Shown here: one piece after another, positions 48,464 to 58,721 of the stretch
How the letters are laid out: the number at the start of each line of letters is the position of its first letter
Numbering within the stretch: position 1 is the first letter of the stretch
Assembly: GCA_965602015.1 (NCBI GenBank)
Contig: OZ271918.1
Location: forward strand, 1,088,001 to 1,152,000
DNA: 64,000 nucleotides
Reading direction: 5' to 3'
From: Salinispira sp.
Lineage (GTDB): Bacteria > Spirochaetota > Spirochaetia > DSM-27196 > Salinispiraceae
Position numbers and translations under genes: made by a program
Notes under the pieces: generated by a model
Told to the model about the DNA's origin: nothing
The model's database searches: none
What the model saw: only the letters and a program-made list of their open reading frames with translations

Positions 48464-48895
48464 TTAGCCCCCGGCCTTCCCCAGGGCGGCCACAAGCTGA
48501 TGGAGGCGCTGTTTATCGGCCTCGGGCAGCCGGTGGGCGAATTTTTGCTCGAAATGCTTCAATCCGTCAAACTCCAGGTTGGTAAAGCTCAGTTTCCCGT
48601 CAGAAGCTCCCGACAGACCGCCGCTGAAGAAATCCAGGAAAAAGCCGCAGAGGGCATGAACCTTATCCAGACCGTAGTGCTTGCGCAGATGGGCTATCAG
48701 CTCCCTGGGTATTGCCAGGGCTTCGGTGAGTTCCAGACTCCCCTCGGCCTTCCAGAGATCGGAGAGCATTTCGACGAATAGCGCCGCCGATTCGTCGGCC
48801 ACCATTTCGAGGTGACGCCTGGTAATCTCACTTGCCCGGTGGATAAAAACCTGACCGGCGCTCCGTTCACTGTCAGAATTGGACGTAGTTGACAT
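48464..48895 (-). CDS. Hypothetical protein
   Basis: 143-aa helical-looking ORF filling the gap before metG; no motif recognised. Confidence 0.6.
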   Translation of the reverse strand: MSTTSNSDSERSAGQVFIHRASEITRRHLEMVADESAALFVEMLSDLWKAEGSLELTEALAIPRELIAHLRKHYGLDKVHALCGFFLDFFSGGLSGASDGKLSFTNLEFDGLKHFEQKFAHRLPEADKQRLHQLVAALGKAGG

Positions 48896-48925
48896 GGCTT
48901 TCTTCTGCCCCCTATATTGTGCGAT

Positions 48926-51235
48926 ATGAAGAAACGACTAGTGACCAGCGCACTGCCCTATGTTAACAATATTCCCCACCTTGGGAACCTCATTCAGGTG
49001 CTCTCCGCAGATGTTTTTGCCCGTTTTTGCCGGCAGCGCGGCTATGAGACCCTCTATGTGTGCGGTAGTGATGAGTACGGCACAGCCACAGAAACCCGGG
49101 CCCGGGAAGAAGGGGTTACTCCACGGGAATTGTGCGACCGCAATCATGCGGTTCACCGGGACATCTACCGCTGGTTTACTATCGATTTTGATCATTATGG
49201 AAGAACCTCTACGGAATACCAAACCACAATCGTTCAGTCCATTTTCACCGACGTATACAACGCGGGATACATCACCAAACGCAGCATTAAACAGCTGTAC
49301 TCCGAAAAGAGCGACATGTTCCTCGCCGACCGCTACGTTAAGGGCGAGTGCCCCTACTGTCATTACGATGACGCCCGGGGCGACCAATGCGAGAATTGCG
49401 GAAAACTGTTAGATCCCGAACTGCTCATAAACCCGGTGAGCATTATGGACAACAGCAGGCCGGTATTAAAGGAAACCACTCATTTATATATCGACCTTCC
49501 CAAAATCCTTCCGCTCCTGCAGGAATGGATGAGCGAGGCCAGCGACCGGGGACGCTGGGCCCGCAATGCGATTCAAATGACCCAGGCATGGATTCGGGAC
49601 GGGCTCAAGGAGCGGGCGATCACCAGGGATTTGAAGTGGGGAATACCGGTGCCTCTGGAAGGCTTCGAAGACAAGGTTTTTTATGTGTGGTTCGACGCCC
49701 CCATCGGATATATTTCCATCAGCGCGGAGCACGCTGCCAACAGCGGCGACGGGGAATCCTGGAAGAGCTGGTGGCAGAATCCCGATGAAGTCGAGCTTTT
49801 TCAGTTTATCGGCAAGGATAACATCCCCTTTCATACGGTCATTTTCCCCAGTTCCCTGTTAGCCAGCGGCACCCGGTGGACCATGCTGCATCACATGAGC
49901 AGTTCGGAATACATGAACTACGAGTCGGGAAAATTCTCGAAAAGCAAGGGAGTCGGGGTATTTGGAAACGACGCCCAGGACACCGGAATCCCCGCCGACG
50001 TTTGGCGTTTTTACATTTTCTATAACAGACCCGAGACCAGCGATTTTGCCTTCACCTGGAAGGACTTCCAGGAGAAGACCAACAAGGAGCTCATCGGCAA
50101 TCTCGCGAATTTGGTGAACCGTACCTTGAGTTTTTCCCTGAGGTTCTTTGACGGTCAGATCGACAGACCGCGGGAAGATGACGAGTTCAGCGCATCCTTT
50201 TGGGCGGAGGTGAGAAAACTCCAGGCGGAAATCACCGAGCATTTGGAATGGGCCCAACTGAGAGATGCATTCCGTAAAATTTTCGCCCTGTCGAGTTACG
50301 GCAACAAGGTGTTTCAGGAAAGCGAACCCTGGAAACTCAAGGAGAGTGATCCTGATAAGGCCCGGATCGTGCTTTCCAACCTTGCCTTTCTGGTCAGGGA
50401 TCTTTCAGTGATGATCCGTCCCTTTATCCCCGAAACAGCTGACCGCATTGCGTCCTTCCTCGGATGGGAATCCCGTGACTGGGACTGCCTGGGCGATTTG
50501 TCAGCTGATATTTCCATCGCTAAGGCGGAAATCCTGTTTAAGCAACTTGACGACAGTCTCATCGATTCCCTTCGCGAGCGCTTTGCCGGCAGTCAGGCTG
50601 ATCGGGCGAAGGCATCGGAGCGGAAACAGTCCGCGGGCAAGGCTCCCGCCGGCAAAAACAGCGCCGGCGGCGGCCCGGTCGGGGAAAAAAAGAGCCTCAG
50701 CAAGGCCGAGAAAATAGCAAAACAGGATAAGGGACTGACCCTGGAACAGCGCTTTGCCAAAAGGATCGAGCTGAGGGTGGCCCGAATCACCGAAGTGACG
50801 CGGCATCCCGAGGCAGAGAAACTCTTCATCGAAACCCTGGACGACGGCAGCGGCGAGCCCCGCCACATTGTTTCCGGCCTGGTAGGGCATTACAGCGAGG
50901 ATGAGCTCAGGGGACGGAATATAATCCTTGTGGCAAATCTCAAGCCGGCTAAACTGCGTGGCGTTAAAAGTTACGGCATGCTCCTGGCTGCAAGCAACAA
51001 GGCGGAAGGCGACGGTACAGTTGAGGTGATTTTCGCCGACCACGCCAGCCCGGGAGATCAGATATGCCTTGCAGGCGAGGATCCCAGCGGCCCGAAGGAC
51101 CGAATCGATATCGATACCTTTTTTGACATTCCCATCCGCGCGGAAAATGCCCTGGTGAAGGTCGGAAAGACGGCCCTCACCGCCGACGGGAGGGAGCTGC
51201 GAAGCGCCGTCGTGCGCGACGGTGAAGTGGGGTGA
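48926..51235 (+). CDS. metG: Methionine--tRNA ligase with a C-terminal tRNA-binding OB domain
   Basis: TSALPY, PHLGN, CPYC/CENC zinc knuckle, YVWFDA, KFSKS, NLKPAKLRG.KS.GML. Confidence 0.97.
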   Translation: MKKRLVTSALPYVNNIPHLGNLIQVLSADVFARFCRQRGYETLYVCGSDEYGTATETRAREEGVTPRELCDRNHAVHRDIYRWFTIDFDHYGRTSTEYQTTIVQSIFTDVYNAGYITKRSIKQLYSEKSDMFLADRYVKGECPYCHYDDARGDQCENCGKLLDPELLINPVSIMDNSRPVLKETTHLYIDLPKILPLLQEWMSEASDRGRWARNAIQMTQAWIRDGLKERAITRDLKWGIPVPLEGFEDKVFYVWFDAPIGYISISAEHAANSGDGESWKSWWQNPDEVELFQFIGKDNIPFHTVIFPSSLLASGTRWTMLHHMSSSEYMNYESGKFSKSKGVGVFGNDAQDTGIPADVWRFYIFYNRPETSDFAFTWKDFQEKTNKELIGNLANLVNRTLSFSLRFFDGQIDRPREDDEFSASFWAEVRKLQAEITEHLEWAQLRDAFRKIFALSSYGNKVFQESEPWKLKESDPDKARIVLSNLAFLVRDLSVMIRPFIPETADRIASFLGWESRDWDCLGDLSADISIAKAEILFKQLDDSLIDSLRERFAGSQADRAKASERKQSAGKAPAGKNSAGGGPVGEKKSLSKAEKIAKQDKGLTLEQRFAKRIELRVARITEVTRHPEAEKLFIETLDDGSGEPRHIVSGLVGHYSEDELRGRNIILVANLKPAKLRGVKSYGMLLAASNKAEGDGTVEVIFADHASPGDQICLAGEDPSGPKDRIDIDTFFDIPIRAENALVKVGKTALTADGRELRSAVVRDGEVG

Positions 51236-52512
51236 CGGCTCTCCGCTGCACTGAAATTGATATCGACCAGATTGAAAGCGGCGATGAGTTTCTTCAGAGT
51301 CCCGTCTGGGCCCGACATAAATCGGCATTCGGCTGGCGAAGCCGGGCCTTCAGGTTTTTCTTCGCCGACCGGCAGGCTTCCGGCGGCAGTGGAGTCGAGG
51401 ACGAGTTGACCGAAGGCAGCTGGGATCTGCTGGTATTAACCCGGCGAATCGCCCCGTTGCTCTCTCTTTCATATCTGCCCCACGGGCCCTCATTGTCGTA
51501 CATACGCGAAATTCAGGCCGGTCTGTATGCCCGGGGGCACAGCGCCAGTCCGGCGCAAATCCTCAGCCTTATAGGCGCACTACTTAAACCGCAGGTAAAA
51601 TCCTCTATCTTTGTACGTTTCGACCTGGACTGGCCGCTGAGCTCGGCGTTTTCCGGGTCCCTGGCCGGACGGTCCCTGGATGGCACACCGGCGTTTAGCG
51701 ATTCGAAAAGTCCGGGTGCAGTGCCCGGTGCCACACAGCAAGGCACGATTTTAGCAGATGCCGACAGCATCAGCTGGGAGGACACGGGTTTTACCGGCAG
51801 GGGCAGGCTTCATCGGCGAAGCGGCATGGTGAAATCATCGGCGGATATTCAGCCTCCTGATACGGTTCTCATCCCAATCGATAAATCGAGATTCAGCGAG
51901 GAGGATATTCTGTCCTCCATGAAAAGCAAGACCCGTTACAACATCCGCCTGGCGGGCAAGAAGGGGGTGGAAGTTCGGCGCATTGAGCGAACCGATTACA
52001 CGGTTCCCCCGGAACTGCACCAGTGGTATGAGCTGTATCGCATAACCGAGCAGCGGAACAATATCGCCCTTCATTCCCGCCGGTATTACGCCCGCTTGTT
52101 CGAACTGACAAAAAGCGCAGATTGCTTCTTGTACATGGCATATCACCAGGAGGACCTGCTGGCGGGAATCATCGTGGTAAGCAGGGCCTCCAAAAGCTGG
52201 TACCTGTACGGCGCCAGCTCAAACGTAAAACGGAACCTGATGCCCAGCTATGCGCTTCAGTGGCGGGCAATACTCGATCTACGGGAGAAGGGCTGCACGC
52301 TGTACGACATGTTCGGCATCCCGCCTTATGCGGAGAAAGGGCATCCCATGTTCGGCCTGTATCAGTTTAAGACCGGATTTGCCGGAAGAATTATTCATAC
52401 TCCCGGAGCCTGGGATCGCCCGCTGATGCCGATTCTCTACTCAATGTACCGTATGGCCGAAGCCCTGAGAATGTATTATTACCGGGTCTTTCGCAAGCGG
52501 AGGAATAGATGA
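51232..52512 (+). CDS. FemAB/FemX-family lipid II aminoacyltransferase
   Basis: FLQS..WA..K...GW, KTRYNIRLA.KKGV, YLYGAS, YDMFG, FKTGF. Confidence 0.9.
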   Translation: MTALRCTEIDIDQIESGDEFLQSPVWARHKSAFGWRSRAFRFFFADRQASGGSGVEDELTEGSWDLLVLTRRIAPLLSLSYLPHGPSLSYIREIQAGLYARGHSASPAQILSLIGALLKPQVKSSIFVRFDLDWPLSSAFSGSLAGRSLDGTPAFSDSKSPGAVPGATQQGTILADADSISWEDTGFTGRGRLHRRSGMVKSSADIQPPDTVLIPIDKSRFSEEDILSSMKSKTRYNIRLAGKKGVEVRRIERTDYTVPPELHQWYELYRITEQRNNIALHSRRYYARLFELTKSADCFLYMAYHQEDLLAGIIVVSRASKSWYLYGASSNVKRNLMPSYALQWRAILDLREKGCTLYDMFGIPPYAEKGHPMFGLYQFKTGFAGRIIHTPGAWDRPLMPILYSMYRMAEALRMYYYRVFRKRRNR

Positions 52513-54503
52513 AAGGGGCCGCGTCGCCCCTCTTTTTATCGGGGAAGAGAGTAAATCCACAGGGGTATGCGTCTGTTTTCCCTGCATTGCTCCCGCTTCT
52601 TTTCCTGGCATCCTGCGCGGCGGCATCCTCATCGCTGCTCGAATCTCCCGGCATCGAAAATGTGCCGCCGACAACGGCTGCCCCTGAGGTGCCTGAGGTT
52701 TTGAATCAGACTGCAGAAAATGACGAGCCGTCCTTGCCCTCATCACGCCCACCCTCCCTGCGGGGAAATCTGCCGGTGGACAGCCTGGTCAATCCCCTGG
52801 TCTTTTTGCCAGGGGATGGGGCGGGATCGCTGTTTTTAGATCCATCCAAGACCATCGCTCGCCTTGATGGCCCTGTGGAACTTGAAGTACGACAGGGCGG
52901 CGGCCTGGAAGAAACCCCCGTTGCCCTTGTATTGCGTGGTGATGACGGGATTGTATCCTTTCCCCTGAGAGTTCTTCCGGCCCCGCGAGCTGGGGCAGTC
53001 AATGCCCGGGAGCGGCGCTACCGGGTGACGATTAATGCCGGGGAAATCCCCGATCCCGCCTGGGAAGATGCCATTTCTCTGGGGCAGCCCGAAGTAGGCG
53101 TATTTTACGCCCTCATGGTACTGGAAGACGGGGAGAGCGCCGATGAGCTGTTTTCTCTCAGCGGTCAATTACTGCGGGTAGAAGAATATACTTCCGGGGA
53201 GCAGCTTGCCCTGGTCGCCTCGCCGGTAATGCACAGCAGCGTCGACGGACCGCGCTGGCAGCCGGTGCTCGGGACTGCGGGCTATAGATATGAAATAATC
53301 CCCAGGGGCTCTGCGGGAGACATTATTGCCTCGGGCGTTTTTCGCGGGCACCATATGGATGATATTTTTCTCAGACGCGTCCTTCCGGCGCCGGGCAATT
53401 ACCGCATCCGGCTCAGGCCGGAGACCTCAGCGGGACGAACAGATATTGCCTGGAGCGACTGGCTGGATATCCGGATTCCCGATAGGGTTTTGGCCCTGGA
53501 CTCCCGCGAGTTGGTCGTTCAGGATCTGTCTCCCGGAGCTTCCCAAGCAGAGCAGCAGCTGAGCTCGGCGATAATTCCCGTTGATGAACGCAACCGCTCG
53601 GGCATTACCATCGCCGCCTATAGATTGCCGGCGTTTATGCGCTATGAAATGACAAACGACATGGCCGCCTTCCTGTTGAACCGGGGGCTGGAGGAACAGG
53701 AGCTTGCGACGGGAATGGGGGAATTCGGCCAACCGGAGCTCTATTCCCTGCCAAATAATCAGACAGTTATCGGTTTCGAAGACCTGTTTTACGGCATTCA
53801 ATTCGGCCTCGCGCTCGAAGACCAGGGCGATGATCCGCCGCGTGTCCGGCCGGTCAGAGGCTATGAGAATCATCCGGTAACAGGAATAACCTGGTTCGGC
53901 GCTCTGTATCTTGCGAATCGCTTGAGCCGGGAACACGGTCGACAGCCGGTCTACAATCTGGAAACCCTGGATTGGGATTATGAGAAAAACGGGTACCGTT
54001 TGCCCCTGGAAATGGAGTGGGAAGCCTATGCTCGGCTTCAGCGAAACACCGCCCCGGTGAATTATTTTCGCTCCTTCGATTCCTGGGAAGACGTGCGCTA
54101 CCCCCACACAGCCCTGGGGGGGCCCAGCGCCCCCGGCACAGCATGGGAGGAGTTTTACCGAACCGCTGAACAGGAAGCCCGTCACCTGCTGGGAAATATG
54201 TGGGAGTGGTGTTGGGACTGGTATGACGAGCGGGCCTACAGCAGCTATGCCCTGGAAGACCAGACCGGAATGGACCGGATAATCGGCCAGCTCGGCGGCG
54301 AGGCGAGACAACTGCTGTTATCCAAGGGCGAAGAGCTGGAAGGGGATCCCGATCCTAACGATCCGATTTTTCTCCGGGTGACCCGGGGAGCGGCCTGGAA
54401 CTCCAATGCGGAGCTGGTGAGGCTCACCAACCGGGGCCGGTTTTACGTGGATGAAACATCCTGGAGCGTAGGGCTGCGCTTGGTGCTGGACAGGGAGTTT
54501 TGA
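52509..54503 (+). CDS. Lipoprotein with a C-terminal FGE/SUMF1-like domain
   Basis: Lipobox LLFLASC; HPVTGITW..A, YRLP.E.EWE, GNMWEWCWDWY, RGAAW, GLRLV. Confidence 0.8.
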   Translation: MKGAASPLFLSGKRVNPQGYASVFPALLPLLFLASCAAASSSLLESPGIENVPPTTAAPEVPEVLNQTAENDEPSLPSSRPPSLRGNLPVDSLVNPLVFLPGDGAGSLFLDPSKTIARLDGPVELEVRQGGGLEETPVALVLRGDDGIVSFPLRVLPAPRAGAVNARERRYRVTINAGEIPDPAWEDAISLGQPEVGVFYALMVLEDGESADELFSLSGQLLRVEEYTSGEQLALVASPVMHSSVDGPRWQPVLGTAGYRYEIIPRGSAGDIIASGVFRGHHMDDIFLRRVLPAPGNYRIRLRPETSAGRTDIAWSDWLDIRIPDRVLALDSRELVVQDLSPGASQAEQQLSSAIIPVDERNRSGITIAAYRLPAFMRYEMTNDMAAFLLNRGLEEQELATGMGEFGQPELYSLPNNQTVIGFEDLFYGIQFGLALEDQGDDPPRVRPVRGYENHPVTGITWFGALYLANRLSREHGRQPVYNLETLDWDYEKNGYRLPLEMEWEAYARLQRNTAPVNYFRSFDSWEDVRYPHTALGGPSAPGTAWEEFYRTAEQEARHLLGNMWEWCWDWYDERAYSSYALEDQTGMDRIIGQLGGEARQLLLSKGEELEGDPDPNDPIFLRVTRGAAWNSNAELVRLTNRGRFYVDETSWSVGLRLVLDREF

Positions 54504-54538
54504 GCCCAGCCCGTGCATGCGGTTTTCTGCCTATATCT

Positions 54539-55750
54539 TTATGAAGTGACGCCGAATCGCTTTTCAAGTCGATCGTAATAATCGATGATGCTTCTCACGT
54601 ACTCCCGCTTTTTCCGATAGTCGCCGTAATAGAAGGAACGCTTGAAACCGTAAATGATGATGTTCTTCAGGAGTTTCGGACTAATATCGAAATTTCGAAG
54701 GGCGAGGAGGATTTCATTACTCACGCTGGTATGGCTGACCAAGCGGTTATCTGTACAGAAGCTTACGCTGAGCTTTGATTCCAGCATTTTTGACAGCGAA
54801 TGCTGGCGAATGTCAGGAATCTGCGGGCTGGTCTGCAGGTTGCTGGTGAGGCAGACCTCGAGGGTTACGCGTTTGTCGGCGATAAACTGCTGAAGCCCTG
54901 TAAGAAACTGCTGTTTATCCGCAATGCTGTCATCGCTAATCATGGATTCATCAAAAAGATGAAGACCGTGGCCGATCCGGTCCGCATGCAGATCGGTTAA
55001 GGCCTGAAATATGCTTTCCGGGCCGTAGGCTTCGCCGGCGTGCACCGTTTTATTGAGAAAGTGCTTGTGCACATACTGATAGCTTTCCTCATGAGTGGAC
55101 GCCGGGTATCCGTATTCGCTGCCCGCAAGGTCGAACCCCACAATCTGAACCTGGCTGTTCTTTCTGAGCGCCACCGCCGCCCTGGCGAGCTCCAGGCTTG
55201 CGTAGCGGATAACTTCTTTCTGGGATGAGTGGCTGTGGAGATTTATGAGCTCTCCATAGTAGGGACTGAATTTATCGGTAAAAAAACGCATGGCACATAC
55301 GATGATTCCGTATTCGAATCGGGGCTGGTTATCGGGAAGCGTGGAGTTGAATTCATCTCGTTTTTTCCTCAATCCCCGGTCAACCGACTCCATAATCACT
55401 TCGAAGCTCAAGCCCTTGCGGATATGCAGTTGAGGGGCGAAGCGAACTTCGAGATAGCGGACTCCCTCGTTAATGTTGTCCTCCGCAAGTTCATATGCAA
55501 TGCGCTCAAGGGCGGCGGCGTCGGTCATGACCGCCGTGGTGTAGGCGAACCCCGTCAGGTATTCATTGAGGTCGGCATAGCGGTCCTTAAAAACCGTTTC
55601 TCTCAGACCCTCTTCGCTGGTGCTCGGGAGCTCGACCTTTCTCTCGGCAGCCAGTTCGATAAGGGTCGGTATTCTCAGACTTCCGTCCAGATGGACGTGA
55701 AGATCGGTCTTGGGTATTTCATGAATAAATTCTTCGCTAAACCAGCTCAT
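54539..55750 (-). CDS. add: Adenosine deaminase-family protein
   Basis: KTDLHVHLDGS, DLAGSE, TVHAGE, RIGHG, CTDN. Confidence 0.9.
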   Translation of the reverse strand: MSWFSEEFIHEIPKTDLHVHLDGSLRIPTLIELAAERKVELPSTSEEGLRETVFKDRYADLNEYLTGFAYTTAVMTDAAALERIAYELAEDNINEGVRYLEVRFAPQLHIRKGLSFEVIMESVDRGLRKKRDEFNSTLPDNQPRFEYGIIVCAMRFFTDKFSPYYGELINLHSHSSQKEVIRYASLELARAAVALRKNSQVQIVGFDLAGSEYGYPASTHEESYQYVHKHFLNKTVHAGEAYGPESIFQALTDLHADRIGHGLHLFDESMISDDSIADKQQFLTGLQQFIADKRVTLEVCLTSNLQTSPQIPDIRQHSLSKMLESKLSVSFCTDNRLVSHTSVSNEILLALRNFDISPKLLKNIIIYGFKRSFYYGDYRKKREYVRSIIDYYDRLEKRFGVTS

Positions 55751-55847
55751 GCATCAAACATACCCGGGGGCGGGACATCTGTCCAGAAAATTACGCTTCG
55801 AGCACCCATGCTTGCTCAAGGACTCGTTTGAGTTTTACTATGAACTC

Positions 55848-57353
55848 ATGCAGCTAACCAGAAATGCTACAAGCCGGGGCAAGGTCCTTCTGGGCCATGC
55901 GATCAGGACACTGACGGCGTGTATTCTTTTAGTAAGTCAGCCACTGCTATCGGCCCAGGATGCGGGCTTTCGTCTTGAGCTCAGGATTTTTCCCCAGGAG
56001 GCCAGCCTGCGGGCCGACGGCGAAATAAGGGAACCTTCGGGTCAGTCAGGTTATTACCGGGTATATGAATTCCCTCAACGGCCCGGGCTTCTCCGTTTCG
56101 AAGCCGACGGCTACATACCCCGGGTTATGCAACTTGATGAACAGCTACCTTCCCCGGCGGACCTGGAGCTCAAGCTGGAGCGCAGCGGAGAGGCTTCTGC
56201 GATGCTTCTGCTTGGCGAACTGGACAGCGGTTCTTCGCCCAAAAGCGTCGAGTTCAGTCCGGACGGACAAAGGATGTTTGTTGCCCAGCTCAGCGGGAGC
56301 GGGATAGACATCTACCGGCTGCCTGAAATGGCACGGGAAGGGCAGCTGCGACTGGATCCCCCGGGAGATTACCTCGGGGGCTATGTTGAGTTCGCCGTAC
56401 GGCGGGAATCCGGGGAGCTCTGGATAAGTCAGATGACCACCGCTGAGGTGCATGTGGTCGACCTGGAGAATCTGGAAGTTCAGCAGGCCATCCCCACCGG
56501 CGGCGCGTGGTCCAAGGTTATCTGTTTCACCCCTGATGAACGATTCGCCTTTGTCTCCAACTGGCTCAGCGGAGACATCAGCGTTATTGACGCGGAAGCC
56601 CGAAGGCTTCTGGGCCGGATTCCCGTTGGTTCGGTGCCGAGGGGTCTGGCGGTCGAAGAATCACAGCGGAGACTTTTTGTTACCGATTACGAACAAGGCC
56701 GGGTCCTTTCCTATTCCCTGGGTGAACTCAACGGCCTGCTGTACGGCACTGGCATGGCTTCCTATGATGCAATCGCCGAACATCTCGCGAATATGAAGCC
56801 GGACCGGACTCTGAGCCCCGGACCCGGAGCCAAGCGCCACATTGTTATTTCAACACGGCGGCAGAGGATTTATGTATCCGATATGATGCACGGAAGTATT
56901 TTTGTGTATAACCTGGCAGATTTACGCCTGCTTGCGGAAATACCCGTAGGTCCCAAGCTCAATACCATAGCCCTCGATCCCCGCGAAGAGTTTCTCTACA
57001 TCAGCAGCCGGGGACGGAATAATCCAGAATCATACCTCATCGCCGGTCCGGATTTCGGGCGGGTATATGTCATGGATGCACAAAGCCTTGAGATAGTCGA
57101 CTGGGTCTGGGGGGGCAACCAGCCGACCGGCCTGGCAGTCAGTCCCGACGGGTCCCTGCTGGCGTTTACCGACTTTCTCGATGAACGGCTCGAGTTGTAC
57201 GATATTTCCCGGTATTCGGCGGTAAATCCCTGGTCGCTGATGTGGGGACGGTTACGGGCTGAAATTTTCCAGGGATTGCACAGCCGCGACGAACTGCCGC
57301 CCGCGGTCGAACTCATTGAGAAACAACCCGAAGCTCGCGCAGCCCGGAGATAG
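55848..57353 (+). CDS. Exported YncE/YVTN beta-propeller protein
   Basis: Repeated IPVG..P.G/AVSPDG blades; N-terminal signal and PEGA-like segment. Confidence 0.8.
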   Translation: MQLTRNATSRGKVLLGHAIRTLTACILLVSQPLLSAQDAGFRLELRIFPQEASLRADGEIREPSGQSGYYRVYEFPQRPGLLRFEADGYIPRVMQLDEQLPSPADLELKLERSGEASAMLLLGELDSGSSPKSVEFSPDGQRMFVAQLSGSGIDIYRLPEMAREGQLRLDPPGDYLGGYVEFAVRRESGELWISQMTTAEVHVVDLENLEVQQAIPTGGAWSKVICFTPDERFAFVSNWLSGDISVIDAEARRLLGRIPVGSVPRGLAVEESQRRLFVTDYEQGRVLSYSLGELNGLLYGTGMASYDAIAEHLANMKPDRTLSPGPGAKRHIVISTRRQRIYVSDMMHGSIFVYNLADLRLLAEIPVGPKLNTIALDPREEFLYISSRGRNNPESYLIAGPDFGRVYVMDAQSLEIVDWVWGGNQPTGLAVSPDGSLLAFTDFLDERLELYDISRYSAVNPWSLMWGRLRAEIFQGLHSRDELPPAVELIEKQPEARAARR

Positions 57354-58721
57354 CAGCAGAACTGCTTCCTCTTCCGCCTGCGCCTCGGCGGCGATGTCCG
57401 CGGCGGCCTTGTTTACCGCACTCGCCATATCGCCGTACAGTCCCGGAGCGGCAGGGAGAGAGTCCTTTTTGCTTCCGGCCTTTAGCTGCTGGAGAACTTC
57501 GGCAGTGCCGCTGCCCTCAAGCAGGTAAGCCCGATAGCTGGCGGCTATTGCCTCAGCGATGAGCTGGAGGTCGATTCCCTTCCGGCTTCCCCCGCAAATG
57601 AGGAAGACCTTTTTGCCCGCAAAGGCCCGTACCGCCGCAAGACATGCTTCCGGGATTGTAGCCGCCGAATCATTGTATGCCCTGGCATTGCCGGTTTTTC
57701 CGATATACTGCAGCCGGTGTTCAACGCCTGGAAATGATTCAAGAGCCCCGGCGCACTGGTTCTCGGTGAGGCCCAGCAGAAGAAGGGCTTCGGCGGCAAC
57801 CGCGAAGTTTTTCATTTGATGCTGACCGGGAACCAGGGGCCCGACGGGCAACGCTCCCGGTCTCGGGCAATCGGCGGAAAAAAGCGGACGCCTGATGGTT
57901 AATCCGTTCCTTTGTGCGGCAGAGATAAACACACGGTTCCAGTCTCCCGAGTCTCCGATAATTGCCGTCCCCCCCGCTGCGGTAAGGGAAAACAAAGCCG
58001 CCTTGTCGGCCGCATAGCTCTCCATATCCGGGTAGTAATCCTGGTGATCCGGGAGCAGATTTGTTATTGCCGAGATATCCGGAAGGATGAACCGGGATTT
58101 CCCCGATTGCTGGTTTTCGCCATCAACGACGAGCACAAGATCCCCGATTTGAAATGATGAAAGCTCAAGCACCACGCACACCCGCTTGCTCTCATCCAAG
58201 AGCCGGCATACTTCTTCAACAAAATTTAAGGGGCTGTTGGTGATGTTCCCCCCGAGGAAACTGTCCCGACCCCAGCATTGTAGGCCGTGATGTATGGCGC
58301 TGACCGTCGAGCTCTTTCCCTTTGTTCCGGTCACCGCCACGATATTGAGGAGATTCTGGGGGGTAGAGTGAAGCGCCAATTCTTCCAGGAACAGCGATAT
58401 ATCCGTGGCCATACGGGCTCCGGCTTGTATGCCCTTGAGCAGGTGGGGGGCATTTCTGGGAACCGCGGGATTTTTTACAATAATGTCCGCATTGGAAAAA
58501 TCTTCATCCCGGTGTTCGCCGAGAACAAAGCGTATGTCCAGATCGGCGAGGGCCTCGACGCTTGGCCGAAGGGTATCGGCGCTCCTCAAATCGGTGACTG
58601 TCACCTTCGCCCCCCGGGAAGCACAGTAGCGGGCCGCTGCGGCGCCTCCGCCGTGCAATCCCAGCCCCATTATCGTCACTCGGCGATTGCTGAGATTTGT
58701 TTTTATAGCAGTTCCGTTCAA
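57252..58721 (-). CDS. murD: UDP-MurNAc-L-Ala--D-Glu ligase
   Basis: MGLGLHGGG, VTGTKGKSST, GGNI, LELSSFQ, GVEHRL, YNDSAAT, LSPGCASF...F.RG..F. Confidence 0.94.
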   Translation of the reverse strand: MNGTAIKTNLSNRRVTIMGLGLHGGGAAAARYCASRGAKVTVTDLRSADTLRPSVEALADLDIRFVLGEHRDEDFSNADIIVKNPAVPRNAPHLLKGIQAGARMATDISLFLEELALHSTPQNLLNIVAVTGTKGKSSTVSAIHHGLQCWGRDSFLGGNITNSPLNFVEEVCRLLDESKRVCVVLELSSFQIGDLVLVVDGENQQSGKSRFILPDISAITNLLPDHQDYYPDMESYAADKAALFSLTAAGGTAIIGDSGDWNRVFISAAQRNGLTIRRPLFSADCPRPGALPVGPLVPGQHQMKNFAVAAEALLLLGLTENQCAGALESFPGVEHRLQYIGKTGNARAYNDSAATIPEACLAAVRAFAGKKVFLICGGSRKGIDLQLIAEAIAASYRAYLLEGSGTAEVLQQLKAGSKKDSLPAAPGLYGDMASAVNKAAADIAAEAQAEEEAVLLLSPGCASFGLFLNEFDRGRQFVAAVQSLENFSP

